NCBI RefSeq assembly: GCF_001194135.2
Contig: NC_068988.1
Location: 50,124,681 to 50,184,804 of the forward strand
Source of the DNA: Octopus bimaculoides
Lineage: Eukaryota
Direction: 5' to 3'
DNA: 60,124 nt
Part shown: one piece after another, positions 38,074-51,070 of the stretch
Position numbering within the stretch: position 1 is the stretch's first letter
Layout of the letters: the number at the start of each line of letters is the position of its first letter
Notes under the pieces: model-generated
Seen by the model: only the letters and a program-made list of their open reading frames with translations
Told to the model about the DNA's origin: nothing
The model's database searches: none
Made by a program: the position numbers and the translations under genes

Positions 38074-38169
38074 GATATTGAAATGAAACACTTGGAATTA
38101 AAGCATGAATGTTAATCATGAAGTGCATTACACACAGCAAAAGTGGTACATTCGATGTTAAATATACTG

Positions 38170-38377
38170 TTCTACTCTAGGCACAAGGCCCGAAATTTTT
38201 GAGGAGGGGGTCAGTCAATTAGATCGACCCCAGTATGCAACTGGTACTTAATTTATCAACCCTGAAAGGATGAAAGGCAAAGTCGACCTCAGTGGAATTT
38301 GAACTCAGAACATAAAGACAGACAAAATACCGATAAGCTTTTTGCCTGGTGTGCTAACGTTTCTGCCAGCTCGCTGC
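38170..38377 (-). mobile_element. Type A SINE (near-consensus)
   Basis: Reverse complement of the 24205-24417 sequence. Confidence 0.9.
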
Positions 38378-39103
38378 ATTTTCAATGCTAAGAATACCAA
38401 GAAAGCCAGTGTCACGTAACTGGCATCCATGTTCTAAATAAGTCATATTGCTCTCATTCATTTCACTTCTTCCTATCACTCACTATTTAAACCCTGCTAT
38501 TTCCTTCATGAGAAATTGAATCAAAAATCTCTCTCAGATCACTCTTTACTGTCATAAAAATAAAAAAATTTGAAGAACTCACATTAGATAATATGATTAT
38601 AAACACTCCTTACAGAAGAAGGGTTGGCCATAATTGGGATGTCTTTGATCATAGGTCTGATTGATCATGGTTCACTTGAACTCTAGCTCAAAGAAAATGT
38701 ACTGTTAGTATAAGAAGAGCCTGCTACACTGAACATACTTTCACAATCTCATATAACCCTACCATTCACACTTGTTTCTGTTCTGCTTGTCAACACTATA
38801 TATATCACTTACAAGTCTTACTCCTAAATAATGAGATAATCTCAGCAGGAATTCTTTTAATCATATATATGTGTTTGGTCAGGGCTAACCTGCAGTTAAA
38901 CAACAACAACAACTATATTATCACATGCATCACAAACCTATCCATCATATTAAGCATTCCACATCTCAAACATACATTAAATCCTACATTGCACTCCATA
39001 CACAACACATCACAGACTCTACTCTAGATACACACTCACACACACATACTCATATCTAGATATATATATATGTATATGTATATGTGTATATANNNNNNNN
39101 NNT

Positions 39104-39810
39104 CTCCAAACATCCTAATTACTCACCTTCCTCCTGGCCCCACTTGGGCTGGCTCCCATCACCAGCATGTTGTCTCAGTACATGTTGCACCACATCTTCC
39201 TTGGTCTTCCCCTTGGTCTCTTTCCTCTTTCCAGCATCCATCCCATCACAATGGCAGCATGTTTCTCTTGTGGTAATCAAAGCACATGGCCAATAAGCCA
39301 TAACTACCGCTTCGTTGCCATGTGCTGCAAATTTCTCATGCCAGCTCTTCTCATCACCTCTTTGTATCTCACTCTGTCCTGGTAAGACATGCCTAGGATT
39401 GAACATTAGCAGAGTCAATGGAATACATCTAGCATTTTCAAGATCTTTACTGTCATCTCTCAGGTTTCAGAGGCATAGATGGCTGTTGGTATACCAACAG
39501 ATGAGTATAGCTGCAGCTTCATCTTATTATTGATGGCCTTCAATTTCCATATTAGATGAAGGCATTGAAATACTGACATTGTCTTACCTATTCTGATCCT
39601 GACTTCAAAATCTGTATCACCCTCATTGAAAACACAGCTTCCAAGAAATGAAAACTTATTTACATACTCACTTTCATGACAAGTTGTTCTTGGGCGCCAC
39701 AAATTGACATGGTATTGGTATTTTCAGTGCTAATCCAAAACTCAGCTATCACCCTCAAACTGTTTTAGCTTATCTGTCATGGTCTGCAGTACATCTCCAT
39801 CAAAGCTTAG
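39104..39810 (-). mobile_element. RTE-clade LINE 3' fragment (end of RT and C-terminal region), decayed
   Basis: EYVNKFSFLGSCVFNEGDTDFEVRIRIGK...QLYSSVGIPTAIYASET and a frameshifted KRPRGRPRKMW motif, characteristic of RTE ORFs. Confidence 0.88.
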
Positions 39811-41620
39811 TAATATATATATATATGTGTATGTTAGTAATATATATATNNNNNNNNNNNNNNNNNNNNNNNNNNNNNNNNNNNNNNNNNNNNNNNNNNN
39901 NNNNNNNNNNNNNNNNNNNNNNNNNNNNNNNNNNNNNNNNNNNNNNNNNNNNNNNNNNNNNNNNNNNNNNNNNNNNNNNNNNNNNNNNNNNNNNNNNNNN
40001 NNNNNNNNNNNNNNNNNNNNNNNNNNNNNNNNNNNNNNNNNNNNNNNNNNNNNNNNNNNNNNNNNNNNNNNNNNNNNNNNNNNNNNNNNNNNNNNNNNNN
40101 NNNNNNNNNNNNNNNNNNNNNNNNNNNNNNNNNNNNNNNNNNNNNNNNNNNNNNNNNNNNNNNNNNNNNNNNNNNNNNNNNNNNNNNNNNNNNNNNNNNN
40201 NNNNNNNNNNNNNNNNNNNNNNNNNNNNNNNNNNNNNNNNNNNNNNNNNNNNNNNNNNNNNNNNNNNNNNNNNNNNNNNNNNNNNNNNNNNNNNNNNNNN
40301 NNNNNNNNNNNNNNNNNNNNNNNNNNNNNNNNNNNNNNNNNNNNNNNNNNNNNNNNNNNNNNNNNNNNNNNNNNNNNNNNNNNNNNNNNNNNNNNNNNNN
40401 NNNNNNNNNNNNNNNNNNNNNNNNNNNNNNNNNNNNNNNNNNNNNNNNNNNNNNNNNNNNNNNNNNNNNNNNNNNNNNNNNNNNNNNNNNNNNNNNNNNN
40501 NNNNNNNNNNNNNNNNNNNNNNNNNNNNNNNNNNNNNNNNNNNNNNNNNNNNNNNNNNNNNNNNNNNNNNNNNNNNNNNNNNNNNNNNNNNNNNNNNNNN
40601 NNNNNNNNNNNNNNNNNNNNNNNNNNNNNNNNNNNNNNNNNNNNNNNNNNNNNNNNNNNNNNNNNNNNNNNNNNNNNNNNNNNNNNNNNNNNNNNNNNNN
40701 NNNNNNNNNNNNNNNNNNNNNNNNNNNNNNNNNNNNNNNNNNNNNNNNNNNNNNNNNNNNNNNNNNNNNNNNNNNNNNNNNNNNNNNNNNNNNNNNNNNN
40801 NNNNNNNNNNNNNNNNNNNNNNNNNNNNNNNNNNNNNNNNNNNNNNNNATATATATACATACAAGTATAGCTGAAATTAACTAAACCAAACAGTTTTGAG
40901 ATTAAAAAAAACCTGGGATGAGGTAGCTAAAAAATGTTGGAATACCAGTTGTGATCTGTTGATGTGAAATTCTGCAATATCCCCCGGTCCATCATATAAG
41001 ACAAATACCAAAAAATCCAACTGACAAGATAATCATTAATGCCAATTTAGTGCAACTTAAAATGACCATGCTGGAAGCTGTTTCAGAAAATCTTTATCAA
41101 TAAACTCAGCAGTTGCAGATAAACTACAATACCAAAGACTGTAAGACGCTGCACCATTTTACATTCTGACAGTGTGCCATTATTGAGAGAAATAATGGCA
41201 ACTTTCTCATTCCTCCATTGATTTCTTTGATATCATCGAAATATTGTGATATCATTGAAATACTTTAGTTTCTTTGGAGATTTTTCTCTCAAAGCCATTG
41301 TGTGGGCTGTGTGTATACAATATCTGTATTGCGTGTGTTTTGTGTTTGTGTAGGATGTATGTCTGTATGTCTGTGTATAGTTTATGCATTGTATGTATTG
41401 CGAGTGTTATGTTGTGTATATATATGTGCATGTGGATGTAATTGTTTCATATTTTTTTTCTTTTGTTAGTCTAAACAAGAGTCCATACATACATCGTTCC
41501 TAGACAGAGATATGTTATTTACTGAGTGCAGATAAGTCTGTAGGGTTCCATTTGAATTATTCAAGTCTCTGGTGGTATTTGAAATGAAAATATTTCTGTT
41601 GTAAGAAAAAACATCTACAA

Positions 41621-41871
41621 CAGTGGTTCTCAACTGGGGTCTGCATGACCCTTGGGGGTCCATAATAAGATTTTGTTGTGAAAGTTTATGAGTAATAAAT
41701 TGGTTATACTTCTACAGAACAAAGTATTTTAACAATTTTTTTAATACAATTCCTAACAATATTTAATTGCAAAAACATTATATGATTTTTATTTAACAAG
41801 GGGATGCAGTAGAGTAAAATAGGAATGAAAGAACAGGGATCCATAGGCAAGAAAATGCTCGAAAACCACTG
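41621..41871. mobile_element. hAT (Charlie-like) MITE
   Basis: CAGTGGTTCTCAAC ... GAAAACCACTG; TSD ATCTACAA/ATCTGCTA (6/8). Confidence 0.8.
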
Positions 41872-42713
41872 ATCTGCTATGACAATTTGACAGAAATACT
41901 GTTCTAGTTATAAAGTTTTAGCTGACGTTAACCAGAGACAGAGAGATAGATGCATTAGTTTACAGTTGTGGTTAACAGGTTCAGAAAAGCTCAGAAGAGC
42001 AGAGTATGAGTAGGGTATGTCAGAGTATGTCATAGTAGGGGTAAAATAAACAGAGTAATGAAGAAAAATATGACAGGCCACTGACTGTAAAATATGTGTG
42101 GGAAGCACTATGCCAAATATAAGAGCAGGAGGCTGGTTTAAGGAATGTTTAAAATTTCTATAGGGTTAGCAAATAAATCTTTTATCACTATTAAAAGTAT
42201 ATTCTGGTAACTTTTTGCAGTGCATCATAAATTACATGGGCTAAATTTCAGAATCAGTTTCCAAACTATGCTGCATTTATCTCTTATTACTCTCATTAAA
42301 CATTTAAAATGGTAATTTTCCTGGCTCCACAGTCACTAAGTTTGTTAAACAGCTCCACTCTCAACTATAACAGTGAGAATGTATTTCAATGGCAATAGAT
42401 ATGTTTTTATTCCAGCTCATGCAATTACGATGTGTAATGCTTTTCTATCCCATAAATGCCTAGATATCAGCAACTTATTCAAATTCTACTGCAATGCAAT
42501 TTTAAAATCATTCTATCTTTGCAGTTTGATGTTAAAAAAAAGTCACATGTGAAACAAATAGCCACTTATACTTTAAGCCAACCTTAAGAATCCTAGCTAT
42601 CTGTATTGGCTATGCCTACTTTGTCTACTTATTTTGCAAGTCTGCATAAAACAGGCTGGACTGCAAGTTATACCACTCAGAATAAATTATGATAATTGCC
42701 CTGTGCTCTATGC

Positions 42714-43110
42714 ATGGCTGTGATGTTAAGAAGCTCACTTTGCAAACCACATAGATTCAGTTTCAGTCCCACTGTGTGGCACCTTTGGTAAAATGGTTTC
42801 TACTCTAGCCTGAGAGGACAAATGCCCTGAGTGAGTTTAATAGACAGAAACTGTGTGGAATCCCATATGTGTGTGTGTCTATGTTTCTATGTTTGTTCTC
42901 CACATTTTAACAAATAGTGTCATTTTGTTCTCATATCCATAACCTAGCACTTCAGCAATAGAGATCAATAGAATACATGCCAGACTTCAAAAAAACAAAT
43001 AATGATAAGTAAGTACTGATGTTGATCTGTTCTACTGATACCCTGCAAGGTGATGCCTCAGAATGCTCACAGTCTAACAAGTGAAATATTTAAAAGATGA
43101 AAGATCTCAA
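42714..43110 (+). mobile_element. Degenerate full-length CORE-like SINE (type B)
   Basis: Head TGGCTGTGATGTTAAG, CACCTTTGGTAAA core, tail AAAGATGAAAGAT. Confidence 0.7.
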
Positions 43111-43544
43111 AAAATATTGCATTCATACAACATAACCAGAAAACTATTCTACACTCTAAACAGCCAAGTTTAGACACTGCAGCCATTCAAACTTTATTCC
43201 ACACAACATAACCAAAGTGCCACACAGTGCTACACAGTGTCATACAGCACCAGACATTTAGCATAGTTGCATAGCCTCACTACACCACTCTCACACCATA
43301 ACCAAAGGACATTCTGTCCATCAGAGGTACCTTCTAAATAACCAGTACATTATGTAACTCTGTAAATCAAACTGAAGCATTGCTTATCTTTTGAATCTCT
43401 GGCTTTCTTTCTGATATATGATCAACCACCTCTTTTACCATGAGTCTGCATATCAGAGATGACTGATCGGACTCAGATATAACAACAACAATAACCAGCA
43501 CGACCCTTAATGGGTTAATATTCAATGTTTAATATAGCTAACAT

Positions 43545-43760
43545 GCAAGGCAGAAAGCTGGCGGAATCGTTAGTATACTAGACAAAATGCTTATCAGCAT
43601 TTTGTCTGTCCTTACATTTTGAGTTCAAATTCCATTGGGATTGACTTTGCCTTTCATCCTTCAGGGATTGATAGAACAAATACCTGTCGAGCACTGGGGT
43701 TCGTATAGTCAACTTAGCCCCTCCTCCAAAATTGCTGGCCTTGAGCCAAAATTTTAAAAT
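43545..43760 (+). mobile_element. Type A SINE
   Basis: AAGGCAGAAAGCTGGCGGAATC head, GAGTTCAAATTCC, GCCTTTCATCCTT. Confidence 0.85.
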
Positions 43761-43772
43761 AATATTGCTGAT

Positions 43773-44925
43773 GTGCAGCTGAACAGCAATTTTTTTGTGA
43801 ATGGCACAAAAGATTTTCCAGCAGTTGACCTGGCTTCAAACCCAAGCCTGGAACTATGCCCACCACTACACAAGGCCACCACAAACAACAGATACAAGAT
43901 GGCCACCACTAACACCAACTCACACTTCACAAAAATATTTCTTTTGAATATAGGAGGGCTGTTGCATGGCAACTGTAAATCAAAAATCTCATTCCTGAGA
44001 GACCTTGTGGAATGCAATCAAACTTTATGCATAGCACTTGTAGAAATGCATCTTAGACCTGATATAGGGGATGCAGAAATACATATACCATAATATGTTG
44101 TCATATGCTCAGATAAAAAAGAGAGGAGCCATGATGGAGTTGCTGCGTACATCTGAGAGTACTTCACGCCCCAGGTCCTGCTGTCACATTCTAATTCAGT
44201 GTGTGACACTTAAATTGCACACATAATACAACTTAATATTGTTATATGTACTACATATCACCCGCCAGATGCTCTGAGTCATACAGGTAAATTTGAAGAC
44301 TGCCTAGCAAAGATAGGAGAAGTTCTCATCAAACTGGAACAATACATTAATGTATTCCTTTTGGGTGACTTTAACTTCCCAAACATGGGGTGACCTGGGG
44401 GCCAGATTCCCCCAGGAATGACACACTAACAGCAAGCACAAGCAGAGTCCCTGCTCCACCTTACCAATGCCTCTTTCATGGAACAAATCATGCTGCAACC
44501 AACCAGGGCAAATAATATATTGGATCTCTGCTTCACAAACAATATGGACATTATCCATAATGTTAAAGTAACACTGACACTGACCTCGGACCACAATATA
44601 ATAGAGCTGTCTATGTATGGACCAAAAGCTCCTGCAGACATACAGCCTATATGAAGCACCCAAAATCTCTTCAAGCTAAATTTTCACAAAGCAAATTGGA
44701 AGCTGATTGAGAAATCAATCCTCAAACAGGATTGGCCTAAATATCTCTCCACACCAGACATTGACATGAAACACAAACATTTCATGTCCATAATACAAGC
44801 CATATGTGACAAATTTGTCCCATTGTGCAAGGCCAACAGACACAAAAACAGGATCCTCAAAGAAAGGAAGATTCTTATGAGATGACGGACAAAGATTGTG
44901 AACCGCCTGAGCAAGCATCCCAAAA
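43773..44925 (+). mobile_element. CR1/L2-group LINE fragment: APE endonuclease domain, stops and frameshifts, no RT
   Basis: LLNIGGL, ALVEMHL, DGVAAYI, TYHPP, LGDFNFP (44364), NILDLCF, SDHNII (44586), then LNFHKANW. Confidence 0.9.
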
Positions 44926-45741
44926 GTGGTACTTTTTAAATGGCAGTGGCACTTGAAAGAATATATGTAGAAGACCGCAATTTTACTTAGGTTGATGCGT
45001 CTTATCAAGTACAGCAAATGCCACAACTCTCAGTCTTTTGTCATTTCTTCAATGAAGCCCAGCATCCAAAGATTCTTTGTCAAGCATCTCTGATCATGGG
45101 GAAATATTGCCTTACTTGAAGACAGATGAAGATTGGTGACAGGAAGAGCATCTGTCTGTAGTAAATCTACCTCAACAAATTCAATATCATACAAGCATGA
45201 AAAAAATGGACGTTAAAATCATGATAGTGATGACTTCATTAGTTAAGGATATAAATTATCAATATATTTCAAATGTTAAAATAAGCAAAAAAGTTTTTTT
45301 TTTAAATATATAAAATAACATCAGTTGATTACTGTGAAATTAAGCCCTTAAGTTTCTCCCCAGGGACTGATCAGTCCCAGTTCCTTTCACTCTTGTGCCA
45401 TATAACTCTAGCAACATTTGAGTCTAGCAGCATTTAAAATGATCAGAACCTCAGTATTTCTGTGATGAAAATTAGTTGAAAATATAAAGTAAATAAATAA
45501 ATAAAAATTAATTAATTACATTTCCCTGACAGTGGAGTAGGTGGTCATGGTGTCTGAGGTGTGAGTGGTAATGTCACTTTTTTTTTTCCTATTGTTCTAT
45601 TGTACTCAGTGGTGTAAAAATAATATCAACCATGGTGTGAAATATCTGCCAGCCACATTTCTGGTTGTTGTTGTTGTTGTGGTAGCTGTTATTGTTCAAG
45701 TTTCTATCTCCCTTCCACACTCTTTTTCTAACTCCCTTGCA

Positions 45742-45786
<45 letters not shown>

Positions 45787-45975
45787 GGAGGTGTCTGAGC
45801 CCATGTTTAACTATTTCTCACACTTAATTACAACAATTAGTAAATAAGGGAGCAGCAAAATTTGACAAACTGTGTGTGGCCATTGTAATGTGTTATTATA
45901 AACAAACAACAAAAATAAGCAATATACCCATGCACGTGTGTAGGTGTTTATATGCATTTCTGTATACATACACAC

Positions 45976-46006
<31 letters not shown>

Positions 46007-46011
46007 TGTGC

Positions 46012-46042
<31 letters not shown>

Positions 46043-46379
46043 ATGAGTCTGTTGTTTTAACATTAGTGTTGAATGCTCTCCCTCCTTCCACTTACATTAC
46101 ATATACACACACATGTACCTGCACACACATACACACAAGCACACACACATACACACATACACACTTTATCAAGCAGTAAAAAGGATTTCAACTCAAAAAC
46201 ATGAAATCCAAATTGTAGATACAAAAGGAGCCCCTTTGTCATAACGAATGACAAGCTTTCAATACTAGTCAAAAGGGAAGCCTCTCTGCATTGTCGCTTG
46301 ATTTACTACAAATAGCAGCCAAATCTCCTTAAATCACATCCCAGCATCTTAAAACACATGAGAACATCTTGGATGAATA

Positions 46380-46800
46380 GGCACAGTTGTGACTGTGTGG
46401 TAAGGAGCTTGCTTCCCAATCACATGGTCCCAGGTTCAGTCTCACTACATGGCACCATGGGCAAGTGTCTTCTACTATAGCCTCAGGCTGACCAAAGCCC
46501 TACGAGTGGATTTGGTAGATGGAAACTGAAAGAAGCTTGTTGTATATATGCCTGTGTGTGTGTATCGTGTATCTTTACATCTGTGTTTGTCCACCACCAC
46601 CATCACCACTTGACAACTGGTGTGGGTGTGCTTACATCCCATAACCTAGCAGTTCAGCAAAATGGTCTGATAGAATGATTATTAGGCTTTAAAAAAATTA
46701 GTCAGTTCTCAGGTCAATTAGTTCACCTAAAACCCTTCAAGGTGGTGCCCCAGCATGGTCACAGTCAAATGACTGAAACAAGTAAAAGATAAAAGATAAA
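46380..46800 (+). mobile_element. Full-length CORE-like SINE (type B) with short internal microsatellite
   Basis: Complete head, CACCATGGGCAAGT core and tail GACTGAAACAAGTAAAAGATAAAAGATAAAA. Confidence 0.9.
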
Positions 46801-47149
46801 ATTTATTTTTTTTCAAATAACAATAAAAATAAACAAGTCCTATCAGGCCTGGAATCCTTTTGATCATAGACCTACGCAATTAGGACTGATCTGGGTCTCA
46901 GCCATAAACATATCAACTGTCCATAATACAGTAAATGAATCATCAACATCCATGTAAATGACTGTACATGTTAAGTATTTAATTGGCATACTTCAATTAA
47001 GAGTTTAGGAATAATATGTCCACAGCATTTATGGTGATAGCAATTCTGTCTGAGGAAATATCTAATGAGTGTTTTTGCATTATCAACTGACTTTAACTTC
47101 CTCTTCTCTGATCTCATTTGGTCCTGTGAGGTCCCTACATTTAAAACAG

Positions 47150-47182
47150 TTGGAATTTGGATATGGAGAATGGACGGTGGAG
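47150..47182 (+). CDS. Candidate 33-nt symmetric micro-exon (phase 1 to 1; IGIWIWRMDGG)
   Basis: Acceptor CCCTACATTTAAAACAG (moderate), consensus donor GAG|GTGAGT; all three frames open. Confidence 0.55.
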
Positions 47183-47394
47183 GTGAGTGCTGCAGAGTAG
47201 AGTAGTAGAGAAAATTCACAGTTCAGTGGAGATTACAAAATTGATTTCAATTCCCAGCTCAATCCATTTTACTTCAGTTCATTTATGCTTTTAATACTTT
47301 TTGAAAAATTGACATAAACCTTACACAGTCTGAGAAGATGTTGCACATTTATTAAAAAAAAAATAGACTATTATTGCCAGTATTATTATCATTA

Positions 47395-47395
47395 T

Positions 47396-47465
<70 letters not shown>

Positions 47466-47480
47466 ACTACTACTATTATT
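47395..47480. repeat. Compound (CTA)n-(CTG)n-(CTA)n microsatellite
   Basis: Direct reading. Confidence 0.95.
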
Positions 47481-47489
47481 ATGATTATT

Positions 47490-47906
47490 AAGGTGGCGAG
47501 CTGGTAGAATCATTAGCATGCCGGGCAAAATGCTTAGCAGTGTTTCAATCATCCTTTACGTTCTGAGTTCAAATTCCACCGAGGTCCACTTTGCCTTTCA
47601 TCCTTTTGGGGTTGATAAATTAAGTACCAGAGAAAAACTGGGGTCAATGCGATTGATTACTCCCCTCCCCCGTGCCTATAGTGGAAAGGATTATTATTAT
47701 TATAGTGATTATTATTAAGTCAGCAAGCTTAACAGAATTGTTAGCATGCCGTGCGAAATACTTAGCAGTATTTTATCTGCCACAATGTTCTGAGTTCAAA
47801 TTCCACCAAAGTCAACTTTGCTTTTCATCCTTTTGGGATCGATGTAATTGGCTAGTCCCCTCCCAACAAATCTGAGTCCTTGTGCCTCCAGTAGAAAGGA
47901 TTATTA

Positions 47907-47956
<50 letters not shown>

Positions 47957-48180
47957 GAGGTAGTGAGTTGGCGGAATGGTTAGCATGCCGGGCAAAATGC
48001 TTAGCAGCATTTTGTACGCCCTAGCATTCTGAGTTCAAATTCTGCCAAGACCAACATTGCTTTTTATCCTTTCAGGGTTGATGAAATAAATAACCAGTTG
48101 AGTCCTGGGGTTGATATAATCGACTTATCCCCTCTCGCAAAATTTCAGGCCTTGTGCCTATAGTAAAAAGGATTATTATT
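47490..48180 (+). mobile_element. Three head-to-tail type A SINEs separated by (TTA)n
   Basis: Heads at about 47490, 47717 and 47957, each ending GAAAGGATTATTATT. Confidence 0.9.
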
Positions 48181-48989
48181 ATTGGTATATTGTGATATGC
48201 TAGAATCATGCATCCAGCAAAGTGAAATTGCAACTCAGTGTCACATCTGGCTAAAAGTATTTACTTCATAAATCTTCTTTTGTTGATACCCTTAAAAAAT
48301 ACTTGAATATTTTCTCCCCTAAAGGCATGGTTGTCAATTGCCTTGANNNNNNNNNNNNNNNNNNNNNNNNNNNCCCCCCCCCCCGCCACCACCCATTCCC
48401 AAAAAACAAAAGAACAAAAGAAACTATTATTATTGTAACATGTTCCATTGAATAGACAAACCTTCTTGTTCCATAGTCTAGTTTAAAATAGAGTTTATGA
48501 AATAGTTTTGAATCCTAGTTAGATGTCTGATAAATAACTTACTGCTTATTTCTTTTCACTATTCCCTTTGGTTTGCTATCTAGATACCTAGAACTAACAG
48601 CAAAATCCTATTTTTTTATCACACATTTTTATTCCAGTAACTAACTTAATCTTGCCCCTCCTACTTTACCTTTTTAAGTGGGTTGGGGGTGCAGTAGGTG
48701 GATAGCTTTGTTTTTTCTTTTATACCTTTTTTTTTTTTTCGTCTTTTCTCTTAAATTCTTTCTTGGATTTACTTCAAGATGTATATATTCATTTTTGTTT
48801 TTTGTTTTTTTCTGAGATGTTTTTGTTTCATTCGGATTCTGGTTCTGGCAGCTTTAATCTGGCATTCTTGTGATTAGCAACACTTCCATCATAACCTTAA
48901 TATTCTCTTCAGAAAGATTCTCACCATCAAGATACTGTTAATCCAGATTACTGTTATTTGGTTCAGTTTCAGCTTTTCCTGGTTTCCTT

Positions 48990-49100
<111 letters not shown>

Positions 49101-49784
49101 CCTTCTCTCTCTCTCTCTCTCTCTCTTTCACACTATCTCCTTCCTTTGTCTCTCATCCTTCTCTCTCGTTGAGTCAATGAATAACAATGATAGTTAAGCC
49201 TTACTAACCAATCCAACCATCTGCCATTCTACACCCACCACAACTACAACCCCCCCACACACACACACACATGCACACACGCTCACATACATACAGATAC
49301 ACATGCATGCACATACAACTACCAAACATGTGTTCTGCAAAATCCAGTGGTTACAAATTTCTCATATTCTAACCGCCATCAAAACTACCACCAACACCAC
49401 TACACACACACACATAAACACATAAACCCACAACTGCAACTACTATCAACCTCAAGCACTACACACCACAGGCATCATGCAATACCACCACAACATCTAC
49501 AAAATATACTTCCAGCTACTTACAGCTACACACAAACACCTTCGCTTTCTGCTTATGATTGGCCACTAGATCTTGCAATGACCAACTTCTTTAATAGAGG
49601 ATCAAAGGATCATGACATCCTAGATTTTATGTGGCCATTTCAAGAGTATGCCCTTCACTGTATTGGGATTATGGGGGATGATGGATCAAAATCAAAAGAA
49701 GGGGTATACACAAAGAATATTGTATACCAAGAAGTGCTTTAAGAGCTGGCATGATTGTTTAATCATGTGCTTTATCTTTTATGT

Positions 49785-50007
49785 CTTACTTATTTCCGGC
49801 ATTTGACTGCAGCCATGCTGGGGCACTGTCTTGAAGGGTTTTAGTCGAACAAATCAACCCAAGAGATGTTTTTTTTAAAGCATGGTACTTATTCTATCGG
49901 TCTCTTTTACCAAACTGCTAAGTTGCAGGGATGTAAACACATCATTACTGGTTGTCAAGTAGTGGTAGGGGACAAACACAGATACAAAGACACACACACA
50001 TACATAC

Positions 50008-50062
<55 letters not shown>

Positions 50063-51070
50063 TGTGTGTATAAAAATGTGTATATGTGTGTGTATATATC
50101 TATATATGTATGTGTGTATATATGTATATATATATATATATGTGTGTATATATGTTTATATATATATATATGATAAAGTAAAGTTGTGGAATACCGTACG
50201 AGTGGAAATATATATGAAAGAAGGTTTGAAAATGCACTTGTTTTAAAGATATTTATTTACTTAACCGGTTTCACATACTGATTATCACACATTCTCTGAT
50301 AATAAAATGAAAATGTTAAGAACAGTGTAAGTATGAAAATACATATATGGAAAAATACATATACATATTCTTTGATAATAATAGAAAATGTTAGAAACAG
50401 TTTAAATATCAAAATTCATATATACATTCTTTGATAATAATAATAAGAATATGTTTGAAACAGTTTACAACGTTGTTATAACAAAAAGCATTTGGTAAAA
50501 TATGTATATATATACCCAGGAAATATATTTAAGAGTTCGCAAAAAGTTGAGGAGGAACTGACCTAGCTTTATTCTCTTGTGTGTATTGAGGGAATGTTTT
50601 GTGTATTTTTCCATATATGTATTTTCATACTTACACTGTTCTTAACATTTTCATCTTATTATCAGAGAATGTGTGATAATCAGTATGTAACACTACAAAG
50701 TTCATACAAAGCTTTATACTTCAAATATATTCCTCTTATTATCATCAAAGAATGTATATATGCATTTTAATACTCAAACTGTTTTTTAACATTTTCTATT
50801 ATTCTCAAAGACTTTTGATCATTTTTTTCTTAAAAAGTGAAACCGGTTAAGTAAATAAATATTTTTAAAATAAGTGCATTTTCAAACCTTCTTTCATATA
50901 TATATATATATATATATATACAACAAGCTTCTTTTAATTTTTGTCTACCAAATCCACTCACAAGGCTTTGATCAGATGATACACACTCAAGATGCCACAC
51001 AGTGGGACTGAATGAACCTGGGATCATGTGGTTTAGAAGCAAGCTTCTTACTACACAGTCACGCCTATGC
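49785..51070 (-). mobile_element. CORE-like SINE (type B) split by a fold-back insertion in its internal microsatellite
   Basis: 3' module 49785-49990, head 50925-51070, intervening (TG/TA)n plus 50170-50903. Confidence 0.75.
50208..50903. mobile_element. Fold-back element with long inverted arms and internal subrepeats
   Basis: 50208-50274 vs 50837-50903 (65/67) and 50273-50359 vs 50602-50688 (86/87) are inverted repeats. Confidence 0.75.

Noticed and set aside
45533-45560. 28-nt exon-like block with GTGAGT donor (WSRWSWCLR in phase 0)
   Set aside because: Stop in phase 1; would need an unseen compensating exon; TSP1-like look is too short to trust.
49590-49740. DHDILDFMW segment reminiscent of Tc1/maT PDLNPLDF.W
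   Set aside because: Single weak motif, no TIR or further similarity.
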